Position numbers and translations under genes: made by a program
Part shown: positions 36,478-46,448 of the stretch, one piece after another
How positions within the stretch are numbered: the stretch's first letter is position 1
Layout: the number at the start of each line of letters is the position of its first letter
Source of the DNA: an uncultured bacterium
GTDB taxonomy: Bacteria > Bacillota_I > Bacilli_A > RF39 > UBA660
DNA: 64,000 nucleotides
NCBI GenBank assembly: GCA_945935525.1
Contig: CAMERI010000005.1
Location: forward strand, 33,649 to 97,648
Direction: 5' to 3'
The notes under the pieces: generated by a model
What the model saw: the letters and a program-made list of their open reading frames with translations, nothing else
Databases searched by the model: none
What the model was told of the DNA's origin: nothing

Positions 36478-39003
36478 ATGGAAAGAAAAGATGTAAAACT
36501 TGAAGATGTTAGCCCTATGATGAGGGAATACCTTAAAACTAAGAGTGAGTATGAAGGTATAATTTTATTTTATAGATTAGGTGATTTCTATGAAATGTTT
36601 TTTGATGATGCGATAACTGCGAGTCATGAGTTAGAACTTACTTTAACTGGTAAACAATGTGGATTAAGTGAAAGAGTTCCGATGTGTGGTGTACCTCATC
36701 ATGCTTTAAACGTATATTTAGAAAAACTAATTGAAAAAGGATATAAAGTAGCTATATGTGAACAAATGGAAGACCCTAAGACTGCGAAAGGAATAGTTAA
36801 AAGAGAAGTAATACAAATAGTAAGTGCTGGTACATTAACTAGTACTGAAATAGTAAATGAAAAAGACTTTAACTATATAGCTAGTGTAACTGATTACAAT
36901 TATATCTATGCGCTTAGTTATGCTGATTTACTTAGTGGTAAAGTGTATACTACATTTGTAGAAAAGAATAGAGAAAAGATAATAAGTCATATAGTAAACT
37001 TAAATATAAAAGAAATAGTTGTTCATGATAACTTTGATGTAGATTTAATACATAGACTTAAAACTAACTATAATATATTTATATCTTATTATAATGATGA
37101 AAGTTTATATAAGAAAGATATATTTGGAAGAGTTACAGATTCTAAATTAATAAATAATACATCATTACTTTTAAATTACTTAACAAACTCTTTAAAACAA
37201 GATTTAAGTCATATACAAGAAGTAGAAGTAATAGATAGTGGTTTATTCTTAGAACTTGATAAAGAGTGTATTAAGAACTTAGAATTAGTTGAGACTATAA
37301 GAAATAAAGATAGACAAAATAGTTTACTTGGATTTATGGATAAAACTAAGACTGCGATGGGTAGTAGACTTTTAAAGAGTTATTTGATAAGTCCTAGTAT
37401 TAATAAAGATGAGATCTTGAGAAGACAAAACTTAACAGAAAAATTAATAAATGAATTCTTACTTAAGAGTGAGTTAAAATCATTCTTATATGAAATATAT
37501 GATTTAGAAAGACTTACTGGTAAAGTAGTATGTTCTAACTTAAATGCTCGTGATTTATTACAATTAAAAACTAGTATTAAAGTGATACCTGATATAAATA
37601 ATATTCTTAAGTCTTTAGGTGAACCATTACTTGAAACTTTTGATGACTTATATAATTTGCTTGAAAGTTCTATTAAAGAAGATGTACCACTTACTATTAA
37701 AGAAGGAAATATTATTAAAGATGGATTTAATAGTGAAATAGATGAACTTCGTAGTATTAAAAGTGGTGGTAAAGACTTTATATCTAAGTTTGAAATGGAA
37801 GAAAAAGAAAGAACTGGTATAAAGGGTTTAAAAATTGGATTTAATAAAGTATTTGGTTATTATATAGAAGTACCTAAGGGACAAGTTAGTCAAGTAAAAC
37901 CTGAGTTTCAATATGATAGAAAACAAACTATATCTAATTGTGAACGTTATATAACACCATTATTAAAAGAAAAAGAAAATTTAATTCTTAATGCTGAAGA
38001 GAGACTTAATAGTTTAGAATATGATGTATTTTGTGGTATAAAAGAAGAGGTTAAGAAGTATATTAGTAGTCTTCAAAGAGTATCTAATTATATAGCATAT
38101 TATGATGTTATGCAGTCTTTTGCGACAGTAGCAGAAGAATCTAATTTTGTAAAACCAACTATTAATGAAGATGGTATTGTTGAAATTATTGGTGGACGTC
38201 ATCCGGTTGTTGAAAGTGTAATAGACACAGAATATATTGATAATGATGTTATACTTGATAGTGAGACAAATATACTTATAATAACAGGACCTAATATGAG
38301 TGGTAAAAGTACTTATATGAGAGAATTTGGTATTATAGCTATACTTAATCAAATAGGATCATATGTACCAGCTAGTAAGTGTAATTTACCTATATTTGAT
38401 AAGATATTTACTCGTATAGGAGCAAGTGATGACTTAGTAGGTGGAGAGAGTACCTTCATGGTTGAGATGAAAGAGAGTGCTTATGCTTTGCTAAATGCAA
38501 CTAGTAAAAGCTTAATACTATTTGATGAGTTAGGTCGTGGTACTAGTACATATGATGGTATGAGTTTAGCTGGTGCGATAATAGATTATATTGCTACTAA
38601 AGTTAAATGTAAAACATTGTTTTCAACACATTATCATGAACTTACTGATATGGAGAATAAGTTACCTGGTATACGTAATGTGCATGTATCCATAGATGAA
38701 ACTGATGGAGATATTACATTCCTTCATAAAGTAATGGATGGTCCAGTAGATAAGAGTTATGGTATAAATGTAGCTAAACTTGCTAATTTACCAATTAGTG
38801 TTATAGATAAAGCTCAAGAATTATTAGAAGAATATGAAAAAAATGATAATAGACCTCGTAAAAGAGTTACTCAATTTCAACTTGATTTAGATACTAAGAG
38901 TGATGAATTAAGAGATTATATTAAGACAATAAATCCATTAGAAGTAACTCCAATAGAGGCATTAATAATACTTGATAAAATTAAAAAGAAAAGTGAGGAA
39001 TAA
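36478..39003 (+). CDS. mutS: DNA mismatch repair protein MutS
   Basis: SPMMREYLKTKSEY, FYRLGDFYEMFFDDA, GPNMSGKSTYMR (Walker A), LFDELGRGTSTYDG, STHYHEL. Start at 36478 (MERKD...) by alignment with MutS N-termini. Confidence 0.95.
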   Translation: MERKDVKLEDVSPMMREYLKTKSEYEGIILFYRLGDFYEMFFDDAITASHELELTLTGKQCGLSERVPMCGVPHHALNVYLEKLIEKGYKVAICEQMEDPKTAKGIVKREVIQIVSAGTLTSTEIVNEKDFNYIASVTDYNYIYALSYADLLSGKVYTTFVEKNREKIISHIVNLNIKEIVVHDNFDVDLIHRLKTNYNIFISYYNDESLYKKDIFGRVTDSKLINNTSLLLNYLTNSLKQDLSHIQEVEVIDSGLFLELDKECIKNLELVETIRNKDRQNSLLGFMDKTKTAMGSRLLKSYLISPSINKDEILRRQNLTEKLINEFLLKSELKSFLYEIYDLERLTGKVVCSNLNARDLLQLKTSIKVIPDINNILKSLGEPLLETFDDLYNLLESSIKEDVPLTIKEGNIIKDGFNSEIDELRSIKSGGKDFISKFEMEEKERTGIKGLKIGFNKVFGYYIEVPKGQVSQVKPEFQYDRKQTISNCERYITPLLKEKENLILNAEERLNSLEYDVFCGIKEEVKKYISSLQRVSNYIAYYDVMQSFATVAEESNFVKPTINEDGIVEIIGGRHPVVESVIDTEYIDNDVILDSETNILIITGPNMSGKSTYMREFGIIAILNQIGSYVPASKCNLPIFDKIFTRIGASDDLVGGESTFMVEMKESAYALLNATSKSLILFDELGRGTSTYDGMSLAGAIIDYIATKVKCKTLFSTHYHELTDMENKLPGIRNVHVSIDETDGDITFLHKVMDGPVDKSYGINVAKLANLPISVIDKAQELLEEYEKNDNRPRKRVTQFQLDLDTKSDELRDYIKTINPLEVTPIEALIILDKIKKKSEE

Positions 39004-39005
39004 CT

Positions 39006-39608
39006 ATGGAAGAAATAGATAAACAAAAACTAATAGAAGATACTGTTAAATCATGGATGAGTAATGATGAAATAACTATAGATGATGCAGTAAAAGAAGC
39101 TGAAGAACTTACTAATACTAAAGTATCTATTATGGCTAATATATTAGGTGAAGTAGATAAACAAAAGGCAAGAGGAGATGAAACCTTAAAAGATTTATAT
39201 GCTAATAAAATTGTATTTGAATTACTTAAAAGGTTTGATTTTATATTAAAGCTTAATGATAGGGGTCTTCCAAAAGAAGAATACATGAGACTTCTTTCTA
39301 TAATAAACACATATATAATAGAACTTAGAAAAGATAAGAAAACACTTGCTGAAATAAAGAAGGCTATAATGAGACTTGCTACTGTACAATCATTGCAATG
39401 TAATTCAAGATTAATGCTTTTACTTCAATTGTTAGAAGATAAGAGAGTAGCTATGGTAGAAAACTATAATCATGAACATACTTTATCCGAATGTAGAAGC
39501 AGTGGTATTAATTATGTATCTGGTCAAGATGTAAGAGATAGAACAAAAGAAATGAATAAGAATATTTTAACACTTAGATTATCACTTGGATTAAAGGAGG
39601 ATAAATAA
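39006..39608 (+). CDS. hypothetical helical protein, translationally coupled to mutS
   Basis: The start is 2 nt after the mutS stop. No recognisable motif, and not MutL (no GHKL motifs). Confidence 0.5.
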   Translation: MEEIDKQKLIEDTVKSWMSNDEITIDDAVKEAEELTNTKVSIMANILGEVDKQKARGDETLKDLYANKIVFELLKRFDFILKLNDRGLPKEEYMRLLSIINTYIIELRKDKKTLAEIKKAIMRLATVQSLQCNSRLMLLLQLLEDKRVAMVENYNHEHTLSECRSSGINYVSGQDVRDRTKEMNKNILTLRLSLGLKEDK

Positions 39609-40066
39609 TGGACTTTGGAGTATCAAATATATTATTAGAAGAATCTAAAAGTAAAAATAAAACTGCTTTAAATGGCATCGTAAGAGCTAAAGCATCACTA
39701 ATTAGAATGAAGATATCAGGTATATTAAATTCTAACGTTAGAAGTCAATATGATGTTATTGATAATGTATTAGATGAAGCAAATAAAGGAATATCTTCTT
39801 TAAAGAAAGATAGAGAGACACTAGAATATTTAAGTCGTGTATCTAGTGAATATGAATTTGATGATAATTTCTTAGAACTTATTAGAGTTATAGGTACTAG
39901 AGATGAAGAATTATTCTTTAGATTTTGTAAAGTTTTTGAGTCAACTATGTATATTAAAAGAGGACTTAGATTTGCGCCTCAAGTGCCTGAAGATGTTACT
40001 GAAGACAGAGATAAAGTAATTGATGATAAAATGAGACTTATTAGAGAATTAAATACTAAGGCTTAG
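39608..40066 (+). CDS. hypothetical helical protein
   Basis: Start overlaps the upstream stop (TAATG). No recognisable motif. Confidence 0.5.
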   Translation: MDFGVSNILLEESKSKNKTALNGIVRAKASLIRMKISGILNSNVRSQYDVIDNVLDEANKGISSLKKDRETLEYLSRVSSEYEFDDNFLELIRVIGTRDEELFFRFCKVFESTMYIKRGLRFAPQVPEDVTEDRDKVIDDKMRLIRELNTKA

Positions 40067-40076
40067 ATATTCTATA

Positions 40077-40105
40077 TTGATAATAAATAACAAATATTAT
40101 ATAAT
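40077..40105 (+). promoter_or_regulatory. sigma-A-type promoter of frr
   Basis: TTGATA (40077-40082), 17 nt spacer, TATAAT (40100-40105). Confidence 0.6.
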
Positions 40106-40126
40106 TAAAATATCGATGGAGGAAAA

Positions 40127-40669
40127 ATGATAGACGAAAATGAAATTAAAAATAAGATGAATAAGGTTATTGAATCTTTAGAAAGTAGATTTACTACTAT
40201 TAGAGCTGGAAGAGCTAATCCAAATATATTACATGGTATTATGGTAGATTATTATGGAACACCAACACCAATTCAATCACTTGCAACTATTTCTATTCCA
40301 GAAGCTCGTGTTCTTTCAATTAAACCATTTGATAAGTCATCTTTAAAAAATATAGAGAAAGCAATATATGAAGCAAACTTAGGAATTGCTCCTACTAATA
40401 ATGGAGAAGTTATTATGCTTACAGTACCAGAACTTACTGGTGAAACGAGACGTAATTATGTTAAACAAGCATCAGTTATGGCGGAAGAAGCAAAAGTTGC
40501 TTTAAGAAATATTAGACAAGATGAAAATAATAAAATTAAAAAGAACGAAGAATTAAGAGAAGATGAAAGAGATATGTGTCTTGATATAGTTCAAGAAATG
40601 ATAGATAAATTCAATAAAATAGTTGATGAAAAATTTAAAGAAAAAGAAAATGAACTTACTAGTATTTAG
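40127..40669 (+). CDS. frr: ribosome recycling factor
   Basis: FTTIRAGRANPNIL...VDYYGTPTPIQSLATIS...PELTGETRRNYVKQ. Confidence 0.95.
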   Translation: MIDENEIKNKMNKVIESLESRFTTIRAGRANPNILHGIMVDYYGTPTPIQSLATISIPEARVLSIKPFDKSSLKNIEKAIYEANLGIAPTNNGEVIMLTVPELTGETRRNYVKQASVMAEEAKVALRNIRQDENNKIKKNEELREDERDMCLDIVQEMIDKFNKIVDEKFKEKENELTSI

Positions 40670-40719
40670 TAAGTTTTTTTGTTATAATTAACTTGATAAT
40701 AGAAAGTGTGGCGACAAGT

Positions 40720-42141
40720 ATGTACACTCAAGAAAAAGTAAAACCATCTTATGATAAATTTATACGTTATTTAAAAGAACATATAGATATATTATCTCAA
40801 GAGTTAGATGAATATACCAAAAGAAATACATATTATGAAACTATTAGAGATCTTAAGAATAATCCAACTTTAGAAACATTCTTGAAGTCTAGAAAAGTTT
40901 TAGTATCATTAAATCCTGAGATTAGTAAATATTATAATGTAATAGATTTTTTTATGTCTAGAGGCGCTAAAGAAGCTCCTCAAATTGATATTGCTTTAAA
41001 ATCAATAATGAATATAAATGAAATAAAAAGTTTTAGTGAACAGGCAGCTACTTCTTTAAATGTTTCAATAATAAAAGAAGAGTTAGATCATTATATTAGT
41101 TTACTCAATGGAGTTAATTTAGATATAGATTTTTTAGTTAGTGTTCTTAGTAAGAGTGGACTATCAGACAAAGAACAAATAGATGTACTTTCTAGAATAT
41201 GTTTTGAAAGAATACCTGAAAAGAAAATAGAAGAAAAGGTAGAAGAAGAAAAATCTAAAGATAAAGAAGAAAATATGGATAAAGCTATTAATGCTCCTAA
41301 AGAAGAAACTGAAGAAATGATTTCTATAGAGTCACTAATGGATAGATGTGCTTTAGCACTACCAGTAATAGCTGAGATAAAAGAAAAATATGCATACTTA
41401 GTTCAAGATAAAAATGAAAGTCAACTTAAGTATGCATCTGCGATAAGTAAAATGTATAACTCAAATGAACTTACTTTTGATCAAGTAGAAAACTATTCTA
41501 ATGAATTAATGTTAACTATGTATTTAACTATAATGAGTGATAAAGAAGAAGTAGATAAGTTAATATATAAAAGTGAAGATGATATGTTATCTAAGAGTGA
41601 AATGGAATTATTAGAGTTATATGTTAATGATTTAGAACATTCTATTATTCAATTTAAAAATATTAGTAAGATAGTTAATGATAAAGAAAAAAGAAAGAAT
41701 GAAGGTAAAGAAAATAATCTTGAATCTAGAAAAATTATATTCTTAATAGATGGTAGAGGTAAGTGTGTAGTTGATTTTGATAAATTTAGACGTGGCGAAG
41801 TAGAATCACTATTTGAGAAATGTAAAAAAGGTATGTGGAAGAAAGAATATAAACTAGGTCCTGGATGTGAATTTTCTGTTATGATGAATAATGTATCTAA
41901 AACTGCATGTACATACGTTTCATTACCTAATGGATATAGTTTGATAATAGATTTAAGTCATATAGGGGATGCTCACGATAGAGCAATAGAACGTGCTACT
42001 AAGAATCAAACTATGATAACTGATTTTATGCATGTAAGAGATAATGAACTTGATGATATATATACATCACAAGAAGAACTTAGAAAAGAAATAGAAAGTA
42101 AATATAATATATCTACTGAAGGCGAAGAGGTGACATTATGA
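40720..42141 (+). CDS. hypothetical protein (about 473-482 aa), helical with an acidic central linker
   Basis: Long ORF with typical codon usage. The start is uncertain (ATG 40720 or TTG 40693). A TGTTATAAT -10 element lies at about 40679-40687. No recognisable family. Confidence 0.5.
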   Translation: MYTQEKVKPSYDKFIRYLKEHIDILSQELDEYTKRNTYYETIRDLKNNPTLETFLKSRKVLVSLNPEISKYYNVIDFFMSRGAKEAPQIDIALKSIMNINEIKSFSEQAATSLNVSIIKEELDHYISLLNGVNLDIDFLVSVLSKSGLSDKEQIDVLSRICFERIPEKKIEEKVEEEKSKDKEENMDKAINAPKEETEEMISIESLMDRCALALPVIAEIKEKYAYLVQDKNESQLKYASAISKMYNSNELTFDQVENYSNELMLTMYLTIMSDKEEVDKLIYKSEDDMLSKSEMELLELYVNDLEHSIIQFKNISKIVNDKEKRKNEGKENNLESRKIIFLIDGRGKCVVDFDKFRRGEVESLFEKCKKGMWKKEYKLGPGCEFSVMMNNVSKTACTYVSLPNGYSLIIDLSHIGDAHDRAIERATKNQTMITDFMHVRDNELDDIYTSQEELRKEIESKYNISTEGEEVTL

Positions 42142-42338
42142 AAAATATGAATATAACTGAAATATTTAATTCTATTAGAAAAGACTCTTTAAGACTTATA
42201 AAAGAAAAGAAAGTTGATTTAGATATGCTAGCTTTCGAATGTGATATAACTACTAAAAAATTAGTAAATTTATTTGAAAAAAAAGATGATGATATGCTTA
42301 TATATTTAAAGATATATAATACATTGGTAGAATGGTAG
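42138..42338 (+). CDS. small (66 aa) HTH-like protein
   Basis: Overlaps the upstream stop (ATGA). LDMLAFECDITTKKLVNLFEKK looks like a helix-turn-helix segment. Confidence 0.4.
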   Translation: MKNMNITEIFNSIRKDSLRLIKEKKVDLDMLAFECDITTKKLVNLFEKKDDDMLIYLKIYNTLVEW

Positions 42339-42345
42339 GTGTATT

Positions 42346-44211
42346 ATGTCTTTAGAAGAATTAATTAATTTAAAACTTAAAAATTTATATGTAGAAAATG
42401 AAAAGGCACAAGATGATTCATCTAAAACAGAGCAAGAAAAAGATGAACTTGAAAAAGTACGTGAAGATTGTGAAGATTTTATACATTTAATGTCTGAAGG
42501 ATGGGAAAATGTAAAACATCAAGATACAAAAAAACTAACTAAACATTTAATTAAATATAGTGGACTTGCTTATAATGAAGATGAGATAAATGAAAACTTT
42601 AGATTAGTTAAACTTGTATATGAAGCTATAGAGTTTGGACTTGATACTACGTTAACTGAAACACAAATAGATTTTGTTAGAGGCTATATAGGAAGTTTAA
42701 TGCAGATAGTTAAAGATCTTGATGAAAAGATTAGGGCTAAAGAAGAGTTAGTTTCTACTACTAAAGAAAGTAATACTAGAAATAATGATGCAATATTAGG
42801 ACTTGAAATACTTAAAGAAAAAATAAGTGATCCTATGAATGAAGATGTGTTAGATGAAAATGATTTTCAAGCATTTTATAGTATTATAGAAGATGAAAAT
42901 ATACCAACAGACATAAGAAAACAAGCAATAGTTAAATTTATAAAATATAATAATGATAGAATAAGTAATACTCCAAAACAAGGAGCTAAAGTAAGTATAG
43001 AAGATATTAAAGATTTATTCTCTTCTTATGGATTTAGTGATCCTAAGGAACTAGCATTTATTTCTAAAAATAAGAAAGAATTAGAAGCTAGAAGTGAACT
43101 ACAAAATATGAATAGTATTTTAAGTTTTATGAAAGAAAATAGAATTATTAAAAGATTTGATATAGGTGCTTTATTATCTATATGTTTAGCTGGTAGCGCT
43201 GAAAGTGTAAGAGAAACTTATAAGAAACTTGCTAAAGAACATAAATTATGTGATTTTTACTTTCAAACACCTGGTGTATGGGTAAATAATACTTTAAAAC
43301 AAGAATCTAAAAGAAATAGATATGGAGGACCTGGACCTAAAGAAAATCCTAGATCACTTTATTATTCTGCTCGTAAAATATCTTTAGAAGATGTAGAACG
43401 TAATGAAGAATTCTTAAAAGAAAAAGGATTTAATATAGATCTTGAAAGCAAAGAAAATATTGGTAAGTTACTTTCAACTCCTCATTATAAATTAGTTCAA
43501 AATTATGAATTATGTAGAAGTTATGGTTTATATGGAGATAATAGTGCTCATGATAATATTAGTCCTTTATATGGTTCATGTATAGAAGAAAAAATGGATA
43601 GTTTAATAGAAGCAGGATTATTTAACTGTGATGGGGTTGCAAAAAATGTATATGGAAGATATGCTAATAGATATCCATCTGCTATTATTAGAACTGATGA
43701 CTATACAATTACATATTATTCATATTTAAGAAGTATATATAATCCCGATGAATATTATAATCTTATATTTTCTGATACTAGAAATGGTATGTTAAAGAAA
43801 AGTGTTGTTCCTAAATTTACTAAGAGAGATGGTAAATATGATATGTTTATTGATACACACTTTGTTAATGCTGATATAAGCAGTAAAGAAGATTATGATA
43901 AAATAATAAGAGAAAGTGATGCAATAACATATGATGAAGATGTATTTCATGAAAAAGCAGTATTTGATTTAGAAAGACAATTTAGAGTACGTGATAACGA
44001 ATTCTTATATAATATAAATGGAATATTAGTTTCAAGAAATAAAGTACTTAGAACACTTTCTATTTTAAAGAATGTAGGTGTAAATATAACTAGTGAAGAA
44101 GTAATGTATGCTGTTACTAAAGGTATGTATTTAGCCAAAGAATCACTTGATAAAGTATCAAAGAGTGTAGGATACGTAAAAGAAGGAGAGATGGTTCATG
44201 AATTACATTAA
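42346..44211 (+). CDS. hypothetical protein (621 aa), all-helical with repeat-like segments
   Basis: Long ORF with no enzymatic motif. It has recurring L..(Y/K)GF...(D/E)I segments. Confidence 0.5.
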   Translation: MSLEELINLKLKNLYVENEKAQDDSSKTEQEKDELEKVREDCEDFIHLMSEGWENVKHQDTKKLTKHLIKYSGLAYNEDEINENFRLVKLVYEAIEFGLDTTLTETQIDFVRGYIGSLMQIVKDLDEKIRAKEELVSTTKESNTRNNDAILGLEILKEKISDPMNEDVLDENDFQAFYSIIEDENIPTDIRKQAIVKFIKYNNDRISNTPKQGAKVSIEDIKDLFSSYGFSDPKELAFISKNKKELEARSELQNMNSILSFMKENRIIKRFDIGALLSICLAGSAESVRETYKKLAKEHKLCDFYFQTPGVWVNNTLKQESKRNRYGGPGPKENPRSLYYSARKISLEDVERNEEFLKEKGFNIDLESKENIGKLLSTPHYKLVQNYELCRSYGLYGDNSAHDNISPLYGSCIEEKMDSLIEAGLFNCDGVAKNVYGRYANRYPSAIIRTDDYTITYYSYLRSIYNPDEYYNLIFSDTRNGMLKKSVVPKFTKRDGKYDMFIDTHFVNADISSKEDYDKIIRESDAITYDEDVFHEKAVFDLERQFRVRDNEFLYNINGILVSRNKVLRTLSILKNVGVNITSEEVMYAVTKGMYLAKESLDKVSKSVGYVKEGEMVHELH

Positions 44212-44485
44212 AAATTATGGTTTAACAGATGAGGATATAAAAGAAATAGAAGAATATCTAAGTGATGAAGATATTAATAACTATTATGTAAGTGAACTGA
44301 GAGTAGCAGAAATACTAGATTATTTAAAAAGTCTTGGTATTAAGAATATAAAAGATATACTAATGTATAAAAGTAATATATTTTATGAAAGTGTTAATAC
44401 TATAAAAAAGAATATACCTAATGATAAAATAATAATAGAATTAATTAATGAAGACTATCAAAATTTAGATAGATTAGGTTATTAA
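44198..44485 (+). CDS. hypothetical protein (95 aa), helical-repeat-like
   Basis: Overlaps the upstream gene by 14 nt. Two similar segments: IKNYGLTDEDIKEIEEYL and LDYLKSLGIKNIKDILMYKSNIF. Confidence 0.45.
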   Translation: MNYIKNYGLTDEDIKEIEEYLSDEDINNYYVSELRVAEILDYLKSLGIKNIKDILMYKSNIFYESVNTIKKNIPNDKIIIELINEDYQNLDRLGY

Positions 44486-44513
44486 ACTAATTTAGAAATA
44501 AATTAGTTTTTTT
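44485..44513 (+). terminator. rho-independent terminator
   Basis: AACTAATTT-AGAAAT-AAATTAGTT followed by TTTTT. Confidence 0.75.
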
Positions 44514-44540
44514 GACTTTTAGATGAATATATATTACAAT
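44512..44540 (+). promoter_or_regulatory. sigma-A-type promoter of the 44566 gene
   Basis: TTGACT (44512-44517), 17 nt spacer, TACAAT (44535-44540). Confidence 0.55.
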
Positions 44541-44565
44541 AGACAAGGTTTTAGGAGGTGCATGA

Positions 44566-45021
44566 ATGAAAAGATATTTTAAACTTGAACTTGATAAATG
44601 TAATTTTTGGCAAAGTGAAATAAGAGACGGAAGTAAAGTTTATTTTAAAAGAGACTTTAAGAGAAGAAGTGTAATTCCACTCAATCAAGTATTTTTTAGA
44701 CAAGATGTTGATGGCATGTTTACTGAAGTTACTACAGGTAAAAGAATTAAAGTAGAATCTATAAATAATAAGTTATTTATAGTTGAACCACTTGGTATAG
44801 ATATAGACTATGGTGCTTTTAGTTCTGCTACTCCAAGAGAGATTTCAGGACTTATAAGAGATATTAGAGTAAACAATTTAGGAAGTGAATATTTAGATAT
44901 AATTGATGATTTACTTGTTAATAGTGACTTATGTGAGAAAGCTTCACTAAAGAAGAAAAAATTAAAAGAAGAATCAAGTTTAGTAAGAAAGTTTATAAAT
45001 AAGTTTCATAAGAAAGATTAA
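44566..45021 (+). CDS. hypothetical protein (151 aa)
   Basis: AGGAGGTG RBS. Basic C-terminal tail. No recognisable family. Confidence 0.5.
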   Translation: MKRYFKLELDKCNFWQSEIRDGSKVYFKRDFKRRSVIPLNQVFFRQDVDGMFTEVTTGKRIKVESINNKLFIVEPLGIDIDYGAFSSATPREISGLIRDIRVNNLGSEYLDIIDDLLVNSDLCEKASLKKKKLKEESSLVRKFINKFHKKD

Positions 45022-45045
45022 TTCACTAGTAATAGTGAATTTTTA
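45021..45045 (+). terminator. rho-independent terminator
   Basis: ATTCACTA-GTAA-TAGTGAAT followed by TTTTT. Confidence 0.7.
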
Positions 45046-45097
45046 ATTGTGTAAATAATAATCAGGTGTTATACTTTTTATAGTAGGAGTGTAGAGT

Positions 45098-46330
45098 ATG
45101 AAGTATAAAGATAAAACGATGTTATTTGGTATAGGAATAGTATTTTTATTTTTGGCAACAGTAGGATTTAGTTATGCATATTTTAGTAATGCTATTGCTA
45201 ATAAAGATGTAAAAGATCAAGTGGTAGAGACTGGTACATTAAGTTTAAGATATGTAGATGGATCAGAGATAGTTATGAATAATATCAAGCCAGGAGATAC
45301 TATTACAAAGACAGTTTATGTTGCGAATACTGGTACACTTGATGCAGTATACAATCTTGTGTGGCAAGAGTTAAATAATGAGATTACAAATGACGAAATG
45401 TCAATTGATGGAGTTTGTATTAAAGTTGATAGTACTACTGAAAAGGAAGATGGATTTTGTGGTTTAGTGAGTTCTATAATAGTTGAAAATGTTATTGAAA
45501 AGAAAATAACTATAGAACCAAATATAGTTCATAAGTATTAGTTAACTATTACATTTAAAGATACAAAAGCGGATCAAAACTATAATCAAGGAAAAAAATT
45601 TAGTGGAGTTTTAGGAGTAGAAGAATATGTTCCTTCTCAATTTGAAAAAGATAGTTGGACTACAATAATTACTAATGTTAAAAATGGTAACATTTCAGAT
45701 TATAACCTTGGTGATACTAAAGAAGTTGATCTAGGTGATTTAGGAAAACATAATGTTAGAATAGCAAATACTTCAACACCTAGTGAATGCTCTACTGAAG
45801 GATTTTCACAAACTGCATGTGGATTTGTTCTTGAATTTGAAGATATAATTGATCAAAAACAAATGAATAATGATTATATTAGTACTGGAGGATGGCCTGC
45901 ATCAGAGATATATACTTATGTTACTGATACTATATATAATAAATTTCCAGCTGATTTAAAAGATTCTATTATAGATACAACTGTAGTTAGTGGACATGGG
46001 ACTAAAGATTCTTCTAATTTTACTTCTATAGATAAAGTTTATTTGTTAGCACGAAAAGAAATATATAGTCTTTGGAATGATTCATATGATTCGGCAAAAG
46101 ATTTAACTAGACAATTAGATTATTATACTAGCAAGAATGTTACTAAAGGTAATTACTCAGGAGCTATCAAAAAATATGGTACTACTTTTATAACTGCGGA
46201 AGAATGGTGGTTGCGTTCTGCTAATTCTTTTATGGGTGGTACTTTCTATGGCGTTTCTGATAGTGGTAAATCAGTCAATTATACTGCTAATTTTAAAAAT
46301 GGTATTTCACCAGCTTTTAGAATTGGATAG
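45098..46330 (+). pseudogene. TasA-like N-module fused to a WWLRS...PAFRIG C-terminal module, interrupted by one in-frame TAG
   Basis: A single reading frame runs from 45098 to 46330, interrupted only by TAG at 45539-45541. At that position the paralogues have Asp (HKYDLTITF versus HKY*LTITF). I translated 45542-45862 and found it fully open. Confidence 0.75.
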
Positions 46331-46448
46331 ACCTTTAATTTATATAAAATATTCATAAAATATAAAAGAGTTAGAAAAGATATTAAAAAATAATATCTTT
46401 TTATTTGAAATAATGGTATAATCTTTATAGATTTTTTTGGAGGAACTT

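Noticed and set aside
45539-45541. Pyrrolysine or another programmed recoding of the in-frame TAG.
   Set aside because: No pyl genes or methylamine methyltransferase context occur in the window. The position aligns to a conserved Asp in the paralogues, so a mutation or an error is far more likely.
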